Below, piece by piece: positions 23,456-35,200 of a stretch of 63,049 nt of DNA. Position 1 is the stretch's first letter; each line of letters starts with the position of its first letter. The notes under the pieces are model-generated. The model had not been told where the DNA came from, made no database searches, and was given only the letters and a program-made list of their open reading frames with translations. The translations under genes and the position numbers were made by a program. The DNA is taken from the NCBI GenBank assembly GCA_032718475.1, contig JAUCBJ010006300.1:1-63049 (forward strand), given 5' to 3'. This DNA comes from Nemertoderma westbladi. Taxonomy: Eukaryota; Animalia; Xenacoelomorpha.

Positions 23456-23532
23456 TGTTTAGAGTATTTTTATATTTTAGAAACTGTGATTTTTTATATT
23501 TTATAGAATTAAATCCCATTTTCTGGGAGCGG

Positions 23533-24732
23533 TGTAAAGGCTTTTCGCGGATCTAGCTGTTATTTTCCCCGCAAAGTACTCTGTAGGTGTTTTAACGGAC
23601 ATAAAAAGCCGTTTCCTTACTGTACCGGTGTTTTAGTGGACATAAAAAGCCATTTCTTCTGTATGTGTACTTTAGCGGACATAACTAGCGATCTTATGTC
23701 GCAATAAGCCAAAATCCTCTTGATACAGTGTAGTTACCATGACGACATCTAACAGCTGATATGTCCACGTGTAACATTTCTTTGTTCTTTGTTCTCTCTT
23801 TGTTCGGTCGACCAATCAGAGCGTTTTTTGACTCTGTGTTGGAGATTGTATACAGAAACTCATGCAATTGAGTCAGTATGTGTATTTTGTCCACAGCCAG
23901 AAGACCGGCTTTGGAATATCTGTGGTTTCAGGCTTTAGCCAAACATTAGTAGGCTTGATCATAGAAACGTATAACTGTTATCATATCTAATCATATCGCA
24001 ACACAAACTAATCACAAGTCAGTGTGTCAAATCATATTGTCAACTACAAACACCGCATTTTTACTGCTATTTACTGTCGGTTATTCAATATATCAGTTGA
24101 TGGAATATTGTTATATTTGGATAATATCGATCAATAATCAGAAACCCCAATCTTCTTGATATACTGAAGGTTAGAGAGACCGGTTACATATAACAATTGC
24201 GACTTACATTAAAGTGGTTTTGGAGTGAATCTAATGCTATTTCATAGGCACTACATGAGTCGGTTGCTGTTCTCTTTATATGTGACTAAAATTAGTGAAG
24301 GTCGGCAGATCGGTGTGCAGCATTGTGCGGTAGTGTGCATGATTGTGACTGATAACAAAGCATCTCCTAAAGAATGCGCTTTATACGTGAATCCATAGCC
24401 ATCCCGTTGTGTCTAGTGTAAGACATAACTCTGTTTATATATTTAGAGCGCCACGTCCTAAAGGAACTGTTAATATTTCCCGAAAGTGAATAATATTTGT
24501 CAGAGATTATATATTAACGATCAGTCGAATAATACAGTAGGCCTACACCGCAATAAGGTCAAAGCTTCCGAATCCAGTCTCCCGGGTATATCCAGCGGGT
24601 GAATGGTCGCGCATAGACTGGCTTCGGCTAATGTAGTGTATCAAATACTCGTCATAGGCTAAAGTCGATTTATAATCTAGAAGACATTTAAATTTGGCAG
24701 GTTAAACTGCTAAAGGTCTGAAAGCGCGAACA
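23533..24732 (+). repeat. 3' LTR of copy B (1200 bp)
   Basis: Preceded by TGGGAGCGG and followed by the TSD TGTTC. Confidence 0.95.
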
Positions 24733-25744
24733 TGTTCCAAGATATGTCACTAGAACACTAGAACAGAACTGACACTAGAACAAAATCGCCTCCGCTTTGC
24801 AGGACATTGCTTTCGCCATGAGGACCAGCCAGTGCATAATCTTGTACTTTGGCAGCCTCATGGAGTGAATGAGCATGATGGACAGCCCATGACTTTCTTG
24901 AGACGCATCTTAAAGGCCTTGGCCTTGAAGATGCGGATGATCTAGCAAATGTCATGGGTGATAGGGAGTTGTGGCGGTGCAATTTTGTCGATAAGCCGGC
25001 ACAGCATTCTTAAAAATGCAGCTGCAATGCAGCATGCCGATCCTAGAAGTAGATATGTAGGGAACATAAATTAGCCTTTAGTAAGCTGGTAGGTAACATC
25101 AATGAAACAGGGGAGTGGTTTAAGTGCAGCAAAGACATGTAAAGTGAGGGACATTTCACCATAAAGTGCGGGACACGTGCGATTTTATCATTTATAAACA
25201 CATTAAATCGTTAATTATTACATAATTCAGACTAAATAAGTGATAGTTATAAACTTTTCAGTGAGATTGCCACATATAATTTGAACTTAAAAATGAATGA
25301 CAATGCAACTAACCCTAACCAAAATACTAAACCTAACCTACCAAACTTACGTGGCCCTGTAAAGCCCCTTACTACTGCGTACATGTATACATGTGACTGC
25401 CTGTCAAGTAAGTGTAAGGTAGTCAAACCCAACACGGTAACATGTGTTGTTCATCTTGCACGTCATCACTGTTAGCTTAGAACCGTAGGCCCTCCGCCCT
25501 ACAATGTACAGTACATGTGCCACTTTTTATGTATGTATTATTATTATTAAACACTACTTTGCAATTGCCATATAATATTACAGAAAATACATGCAGATTG
25601 TAACAATAATTATATACCTAACTAATAAAAATATAACTAGTAGTTGTTAACTATCATAGCTAGTATAATATAAAATAATAACTAATAGCAAATTGTAGTT
25701 TAATTAGAACAGTAGAATGCATGTTAGTAATTGAATTACTTAGT

Positions 25745-28700
25745 TCCACGAAGCTAAGGAAAATCAACTACTTTCGCTAAGAAAGATTTTCCTTAGCTGA
25801 GATGGTCTATTCATAGTGGGCTATTTTACTTGTGTGAGGCAGATTTGGTTTTTTTTGATAGGTGAAAAAACTAGCCTTTAAAAGTACCCTGAAATTTTGC
25901 ATGTATATACTACTCGTCGAGGCGCATCTTTTGGGCTGGGTCTCATATCCAGGAAAAATCTGGTTTCCGTGGCAACGGACTTAGAAAAAAGTCTATGTAT
26001 TTCAAGTCAATATTTAAAACTCTATTTGTAGGAAAACTATAATAGATATAAACTTGGGGTTTCTCAACACAACTATAAGGTCCATAGCAGAGCCGATTGA
26101 GGTTAAATAGAAAATCCAGTTACCTTGGCAACCGGGCTAGACAGATGTTAAAATTTATAAAATGTTAATTTGAAGCCTAAGGTTAAGGTGTTATGACTTG
26201 GGACCAACCCCTACCCCCACTATATAACTTATTCTGCATCCGAATTACATTGTTCTATTTTTCAGTTACCATGACAACCGCTGAAAACAGATGTTTTTAT
26301 TCAAAACTTATTCATTTGGACATAGACTTCACGATAAAATTTTACAAAACTGGGTATGTGTTATCTGGACCACGAGTTGGAACTTTTAGTGAAACTTAAA
26401 TTATTCCAGAAATTTAGTTACCATGGTAACTGTAGTTTATTAAACTCTATATCATTCAAATCTATATTGATAACTCTATTTGTAGCAAAACTGTAATATA
26501 TATAAACTTGGGGTTTTGCAACTCATCTATAAGATCCATATCCAAGCCGTTTGAGGTTAATTAGAAAATACAGTTACCATAGCAACAAGTCTAAACAGAT
26601 GTTAAAATTTATAAAATGATAATTTGAAGCACAAGTTAATAGTATTATGACTTGGGACTAACCCCTACCCCCACAATATGACTTATTCTGCATCCGAATT
26701 ACATTGTTCTATTTTTCAGTTTCCATGACAACCACTGCAAACAGATGCAATTTGATAGAAAATCGGTAATCTGGACATAAACTACAATATTTTCTGAAAC
26801 TCAGTATATGTGTTATCTGAACCACAATCTGTACTGAATTTTTTTTCAAAGGTTAAAGCAACAGTTCCAGAGAACTCTAGTTTCCATGGGAATAGAAGTT
26901 AATTATTGACAATTGCTACTAAGCGAGGCTAAGCAACGAACCAAAGTGTGGCCGTTTGTTTAATTTTCCTTAGCTTCGTGGTTGCATTTCCTTTAGGAAA
27001 TGCCTTTCTCGTAGATCCACGAAGCTAAGGAAAATCAACTACTTTCGCTAAGAAAGATTTTCCTTAGCTGAGATGGTCTATTCATAGTGGGCTATTTTAC
27101 TTGTGTGAGGCAGATTTGGGGTTTTTTGATAGGCGAAAAAACTAGCCTTTAAAAGTACCCTGAAATTTTGCATGTATATACTACTCGACGAGGCGCATCT
27201 TTTGGGCCGGGTCTCATATCCAGGAAAAATCTGGTTTCCATGGCAACGGACTTCAAAAAAAGTCTATGTATTTCAAGTCAATATTTATAACTCTATTTGT
27301 AGGAAAACTATAATAGATATAAACTTGGGGTTTCGCAACACAACTATAAGGTCCATAGCAGATCCGATTGAGGCTAAATAGAAAATCCAGTTACCTTGGC
27401 AACCGGGATAAACAGATGTTAAAATTTATAAAATGTTAATTTGAAGCCTAAGGGCAAGGTGTTATGACTTGGGACCAACCCCTACCCCCACTATATAACT
27501 TATTCTGCATCCGAATTACATTGTTCTATTTTTCAGTTACCATGACAACCGCTGAAAACATATGTTTTTATTCAAAACTTATTCATTTGGACATAGACTT
27601 CACGATAAAATTTTACAAAACTGGGAATGTGTTATCTGGACCACTAGTTGGAACTTTTAGTGAAACTTAAATTATTCCAGAAATTTAGTTACCATGGTAA
27701 CTGTAGTTTATTAAACTCTATATCATTCAAATCTATATTGATAACTCTATTTGTAGCAAAACTGTAATATATATAAACTTGGGGTTTTGCAACTCATCTA
27801 TAAGATCCATATCCAAGCCGTTTGAGGTTAATTAGAAAATACAGTTACCATAGCAACAAGTCTAAACAGATGTTAAAATTTATAACATGATAATTTGAAG
27901 CACAAGTTAATAGTATTATGACTTGGGACTAACCCCTACCCCCACTATATGACTTATTCTGCATCCGAATTACATTGTTCTATTTTTCAGTTTCCATGAC
28001 AACCACTGCAAACAGATGCATTTTGATAGAAAATCGGTAATTTGGACATAAACTACAATATTTTCTGAAACTCAGTATATATATGTGTTATCTGAACCAC
28101 AATTTGTACTGAATTTTTTTTCAAAGGTTAAAGCAACAGTTCCAGAGAACTCTAGTTTCCATGGGAATAGAAGTTAATTATTGACAATTGCTACTAAACG
28201 AGGCTAAGCAACGAACCAAAGTGTGGCCGTTTGTTTAATTTTCCTTAGCTTCGTGGTTGCATTTCCTTTAGGAAATGCCTTTCTCGTAATAATAGTGATA
28301 ACAGTTTCATTCAATTTTTGAATAAATCCACGAAGCTAAGGAAAATCAACTACTTTCGCTAAGAAAGATTTTCCTTAGCTGAGATGGTCTATTCATAGTG
28401 GGCTATTTTACTTGTATGGGGCAGATTTGGTTTTTTTTGGTCGGGGAAAAAACTAGCCTTTAAAAGTACCCTGAAATTTTGCATGTATATACAACTCATC
28501 AAGGCGCGTCGTGTGGGATGGGTCTCATCTCCAGGAAAAATCTGGTTTCCATGGCAACGGACTTAGAAAAAAGTCTATGTATTTCAAGTCAATATTTGTA
28601 ACTCTATTTGTAGGAAAACTATAATACATATAAACTTGGGGTTTCTCAACTCAACTATAAGGTCCATAGCAGAGCCGACTGAGGTTCAATAGAAAATCCA

Positions 28701-29594
28701 GTTACCTTGGCAACCGGGCTAAACAGATGTTAAAATTTTTAAAATGTTAATTTGAAGCCTAAGGTTAAGGTGTGATGACTTGGGACCAATCCCTACCCCC
28801 ACTATATAACTTATTCTGCGTCCGAATTTGATTGTTCTATTTTGCAGTTACCTTGACAACCGCTGAAAACAGATGTTTTTATACGAAAATTATTCATTTG
28901 TACATAGACTTCACGATAAAATTTTACGAAACTAGGTATGTGTTATCTGGACCACTAGTTGGAACTTTTAGTGAAACTCAAAACATTCCAGAAATATCTA
29001 GTTACCATGGTAACTGTAGTTTTTTTAAAGTTATATATCATTCAAGTCTATAATCATAACTCTATTTGGAGAAAAACTGTAATATATATAAACTTGGGGT
29101 TTTGCAACTCATCTATAAGGTCCATATACAAGCCGTTCGAAGTTAATTAGAAAATCCATTTACCATAGCAACAAGAGTAAACAGATGTTAAAATTAATAA
29201 AATGATAATTTGAAGCACAATTTAATAGTATTATGACTTGGGACCAACACCTACCCCCACTATATGACTTATTCTGCATCCGAATTACATTGTTCTATTT
29301 TTCAGTTTCCATGACAACCACTGCAAACAGATGCATTTTGATAGAAAATCTGTAATTTGGACATAAACTACAATATTTTCTGAACCTCGATGTGTTATCT
29401 GAAAAACAATCTGGACTGAATCTTTTTTCAAAGGTAAAACCAACAGTTCCAGAGAACTCTAGTTTCCATGGGAATAGAAGTTATTTATTGGCAAATGTTA
29501 CTAAACGAGGCTAAGCAACGAACCAAATTGTGGCCGTTTGTTTAATTTTCCTTAGCTTCGTGGTTGCATTTCCTTTAGGAAATGCCTTTCTAGT
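25745..29594 (+). mobile_element. Three head-to-tail about 1.27-kb non-autonomous Helentron/Helitron-like (HINE/DINE-type) units: 25745-27012, 27016-28287, 28327-29594
   Basis: Each unit starts CCACGAAGCTAAGGAAAAT and has the subterminal inverse ATTTTCCTTAGCTTCGTGG. This is followed by the hairpin GCATTTCCTTTAGGAAATGC and an end in CTCGT or CTAGT. Internal about 150-bp satellite-like monomers; no TSD seen. Confidence 0.75.
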
Positions 29595-31408
29595 AAATAA
29601 TATTGAGGGTTATAGCCGGGTAGGCCCATTTATGCCGTAACCCTTAAATTTTAATGTAACTTTGGTGCGAATTGCAGAATTGATAACAGTGAAAAATCTT
29701 GATTTCCTTTGCTATAGCTACAGTATACTGGTATATACGGAGTGAATTTAATTTGAATTTATTATTATCCTTTACACTTTAAGTCAATTTTCAATGAATT
29801 AGAAATACACATACCTGCATACCGCAGTACCGGTACACAAATACAATAACTAGAACCACAGTCCACAAGCAAATAGCTGCAATGCTAGTTCAGCCTGATG
29901 GACTTGATTACCGATCAATTTGTATTACCGGTACTGGTACCGGCTGACCGGTGCCGTACCAGAAACGTGACTGCACCCAATTCGGTTTGAAAAATAAGTC
30001 CTGACTGCCTGAAGACCCTGAAGTCTTAGTGCGTAATCCCTGACTGCCTGACCTACTGACGGTAATGCCCGAAGTAAACTTTACTCTTTTCCTTCTTTTA
30101 CCGTTTTATATTTATATTTATATTAGGGCCTATCGGTACCTGGTTCTGGCACGGTAAATTGCAGTTCTCTAGCAGTCTATCCTAATTCAGTAATTAATAT
30201 CAGACAGTCCACTCAGTCCACTTGCAGTCAGAATATGTAATAAACTGATAAATATTAAATATCATACCGTACTCTCTGGGTTCTATCACATTCAGACATT
30301 TGACTGTTTGAGGCACAGTCAGACAGTGATGTACCGGTATTAATTATAATTTTTAGTTCATTTCGTAGGGCTGTAGGTGGTAGGGGCCTACTTTTTAAAT
30401 ACTGAAATAATAGGCCTATAGGACTAACTTACAACTGTACTATAGGGCCTATTATTATTTTGTGAATTACTTTACAGTAATTTGTTGTGGCATTTTATAG
30501 GCCTACTGATACCGAAGTATTATTCTGTTATTCATGTAATCAATAATTTTAAAATCAATTATAATTAAATTTAAAAATCATTTTATTGGTACCGGTACGA
30601 TTTATTTTAAGTCAAATTATTATTAAGCAATTCTGCAATTATTATATTACAGTGCATATTTTTAGGAATTGTGGAATTTTGTACAATAATAAATCAATTT
30701 ACAGTTTGTGGCATTTATTAGGTAATTGTTAATTTAGCAGTTTTAGTTAATTAGGTACGGTATGCAATATTCAGATATTACAGCTGTACAGTGCAATGGA
30801 TGCTATTCAAGTACCGGTATTGGTATTATTGCTACTATTACGTTAATTAATAGGCCTAAATAAACTTTCAAATAATTAGGTTTCTGTAAGAGCTGAAGAG
30901 GGAACAGAGGAATCAACACACTTTGAAAAGGAGTGGTTTGCCATGGACTGATGGACATAGCTGAATCAACAAAGTTTTTAAAAAAGTATAAGTGGTTCAC
31001 CATGCAGCCATGGGCATAGCCGCATAGGCAGTCAGCAGGTCAGGGAGAAGTTCTATTTTCAACTGAGTTGAAATTTCAACTTTATTTTTTAAAATTCAAC
31101 TTTTTGTTAAAATTCAACTTTTGGAGTAGAGTTTAAAATTCAACTTTTTTTAAAATTCAACTCAGGAGCCGGAGGTGCCAAAATGGCCGGAGCCGGAGCC
31201 GGAGGCCGGAGCTCCGATCGAGCCCTAATAGATACGCTTCTAAAATGAGTAGGCCTACTACTGTACTATCTGTACTATCTGACTATGACTGTATGAAGAT
31301 GTAAACGGAATGTTGCATAGGCTTGATAATGATAATTTGATCTAGGCCTAAATTTATCAGTTTATAACAAACACAGAAATAATACTGGGATTCGACAATT
31401 AATCAATT

Positions 31409-32299
31409 ATGACTTCATCGTCAATGGAATATAAGCCGTTAAAAGAAATCTCACTTCCCTTCTCTATGGAAATGGGGGAAAGCTCGCTTATTGGCCCAAC
31501 CGACAGAGACTCCATCCAATCAGAACAAACGGACAGAGAAATAACTAGTTCCGCGTTATTAGACACAGACCAACCTAATATGGATGTATTAGAAACCGAA
31601 CTACCTAATGTCGATACAACAGGGGATAGAAAACGTCGACGAGTCAGATACGAAGGTTTTAAACTTCCCGCCTCCCCTAACTGTACAGAAAAACGAGCTT
31701 TAATTACTTTAGGGTTCGTGTTAGCTGCTATTGTCTGTGTAGCAGCTATTGCCGGATTGAGTAGACCTTGGGCACCTAAAAATAAACCTTTTTCTGAAAT
31801 AACACATAACAATATGTCGGATAACAGGCCATCGCATCACGAGTTCCTTTGGAACTCAACCCGTCTCCCTTTATTCGCAATACCTACTCATTACTCGATA
31901 CACCTAAACCCTAATATTTCTCTTTCAACTCTCACTGCGACAACTAATATAACATTTAATCTCCAGAAACCTTCTAAATTTATTATATTAAATACAAAAA
32001 ATTTAATTATTGATTCATTGCACAGTTTCTTAGAGTTTAATAAACAAATAATCTACATCAGCTCTATAACAAGCAGTAGTTCTTTAGAGATGACTTGTTT
32101 CTCATTTCCTTCCTCACTCACCCCTGCTACCTACCTACTCTCTATCAGCTACTCCCGTACACTCCATCGCCAACTATCGGGTCTGTATATCTCTTCGTAC
32201 ACCGACCGTTCCGGTAACCAACATCCCATCGCTTCGACTCAACTCGAACCCACCTTCGCCCGTTCAGTGTTTCCTTGCTTTGACGAACCTGCGTTCAAG
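31409..32299 (+). CDS. Aminopeptidase coding exon 1 (cytosolic tail, TM anchor, N-domain)
   Basis: Ends FDEPAFK|gtcagt. Confidence 0.9.
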
Positions 32300-35200
32300 G
32301 TCAGTTCAAAGCCGCTATTGGGTTATATTTATTCATTTATATTTACTACCGGTAGTTAAGGTACCGGTATATAACTATTTGTAGACAGACGTGAATTATT
32401 TTGCAAGTCATACAACAAGGACAATTAGTATAGAAACGGGCCTCCCAGAGTTTCATTTTTCCTCTTTTTTCCCTTTTTTTCTTTTTTTTGTCCATTTTCA
32501 GCTTGCCGTTGATATTGACAAGGTTATAACAGAGATTGACGGGCATATGCCGATTTTTATTTTGACAAAAATCATAAGCTAAGCTCCATAAAAATATAGC
32601 AGTGGAGGGAACTTTACTATATTTATTTTCTGAGGGGACGGCGGATATATTATAATTGACACAAAACCCGCCTTGGTGATGGGTGAATTAATATTGTTGA
32701 TTTTCAATTTAGGAAAAGGAACAGGTTGCAGTGGCAGTCTATTCTAACCAAAACAATAAAAGAAAGCCCTTAACACGGTTACAGTTTCATTTTTGCTCGT
32801 AATCAGCTGTTATTTGCATCCGTTTTCCCTTGGAGCTGGTTGGATTTTGATTGCGTCTAAAAGCCTTTAAATTGTTATTTATATAACCTTTGTTTTTTTT
32901 TATTTCATTGATATGTTAATTCATAATATGATTCATATTGCCATTGCCGATGTCGTGGTCGCTCTCTTTCTGTGTCTCTACTTTTTAACTTACTTTGATC
33001 TCTTCCTGTCATTTAATACAGTGACGTTTCTTAACAGGCCTATATAAGGTTAATGAAATATAGTGTTTACTATACTATCCCTTTTTTAAAGATAAAATCA
33101 ATACAGTTTTTCCCTTTTTTTGAACATCAGTCCCTTTTTCCTTTTTTTTGAAAATATAAATTCCTTTTTTTCATCGATTTTTTTGGCTGGGCGGGCAGAG
33201 AAAGAATCTTATTCAGATATAAAATATATATGTATAATTGTACGGTATAACTATAAATATCGAGTGTTAGTGCTATGTTACACCTATGGCTACACCTACG
33301 CTTACCGTTAGCTGTTCATTTTTTAAAAAAATTATGTTCTAGAGCAAATATTTTTTGTTCTAGAACCCTCTGAACCCCAAGGACAATATCGTGAGAATAA
33401 ATGTTGTACAGGGTTGGTGATGGAATAGAGACCCCTTCTTAAGTCCTCTGGGAACACAGATTCTACGTGAGTCAATACTGCTGCCGAATTTAAGGAAAAT
33501 TAAACTTTGCTGGTAATATGCTAGTAGAATGGCCGTAATAAGGGGATTAGTTCCATGATCTATGAGTTTCCTAATTATTAGAGTGGTATACTCTATGCTA
33601 ACAAAGGCCGAATCGATATCAAGCTGGCATAGATAAACAGGAGACCCTCTGGAGTGATAATACTCAATGAGTTCTAGCAAGGTTGCTATTACGGTGACTA
33701 TCCCATGTTTCTTTTTGTACGCTAACTGGTTATGATGATTTGATTTGCTCTCCAGGAAGTTGCTGAGAATAATATACTCCAGAATTTTCGCAAAGATGCT
33801 AGTGGGAGCGATTGGGCGGTATGATGATGGTTTACGCGGATCCCTGTTCTTGCCCTTATAATAAATAAGCTAGTAAGGACAGAGTGACTGAAGAAATCAG
33901 GTACTGTAAAAGCTTCTGTGGGATATAACTGGCCCCTTTGCTTCGCAATCCAGTTTCCCCCCAGGCGCTGGAATACTCTAAAAAGGTTCTCTAACTGTAT
34001 ATATATTCCCCTCGCCCGCAAGGTACCGTTACAGGTGTTTTAACGGACATAAAAGTCATTCTGCTATATACGTGTTTTAGCGGACATGGTAAGGCAAAAA
34101 ACCTGCAATGCACCAAATACCTTTCACAGCTTAGCCGTGATGATTCATATTACGACATCTAACAGCTGGTTGCTGACATGGAAACAGCCATTGGACGCAT
34201 GGTTCTTTGTTTGGCTTGAGCCAATCAGAGCGATTTTTCCTGTCGACGTGTAGCTTTTCGGCCGATCATAAGGAGATTGTTCAGTCTTACTGTTTTTACT
34301 TGATACTTTGTTGTTATTGCTGTCTAGGCCAGGAACAACGGCTCTAGAATCAATTCGTTTCATACTTTTAGAAGAAACATTTAGTAGGCTAAAATTATAG
34401 AGCGTATGACTGTTATCTAATCAATTCAATGCAATTCTTAACAATTTCATTCATAATTCAATACTTTGTTGTTATTACTGTTCAACATACATTATTATAC
34501 TGCTATTTACTGTTGTGTTTGGTTGAATATTATTTGGAGAACATATATAAAGAACCCAAATTTCCCAATTTTCTTGATACACTACAGGTTAGAGAGACGG
34601 GTTATATATAGCGATTGCGACTTATATTGTTGTGGTTTGTAGTGAATTTAATGCTATTTGATAAGCACTACATTGGTCCGTTGCTATTCCCTTTATATAT
34701 GATAAAATACATTGACGGTCGGCAAATTAGTGAGCAGTATTGTGTGTTACCGGTAGTGTGCATGATTGTGACTGATAACTAAGCATTTCCTAAAGAATGC
34801 GCCTCATACGTGAATCTTAAGCCTTACCGACTTACCGTTGTGATTAGTGTAAGTCATATCTCTGTCTATTTAGATAGAGCGCCACGTCCTAAAGGAACTG
34901 TTAATATTTCCCGAAAGTAAATAATATTAGTCAGAAATTAATTATTAACGATCAATCGAATAATACAATACCGTAAGCTTCACTGCAATAATAATTTAAG
35001 CCGACAGAATCCAGTCTCCCGGGATTATCCAGCGGGTGAATGGACGCGCACTAGGCTGGCTTCTGCTAATGTTGTGTTTGTTGGTATTAAATATTTGTCA
35101 TCTTCTAAAGTATATTTATAAACCAAAAGACATATAAATTTTGGCAGGTTAAACTGCTAAAGGTCTTCAAAAGCGCGTACAATAACAGTCATTATTGACT

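Larger units (their letters stand above)
11057..24732 (+). mobile_element. Full-length non-autonomous BEL/Pao-related LTR retrotransposon copy B (13.7 kb)
   Basis: Two near-identical LTRs, a 5-bp TSD TGTTC (11052-11056 and 24733-24737), a BEL-type gag and protease, and a PPT-like tract before the 3' LTR. Confidence 0.95.

Noticed and set aside
24740-25190. Possible transposase remnant on the minus strand flanking copy B
   Set aside because: There is only vague motif similarity with several stops, so it cannot be assigned without a search.
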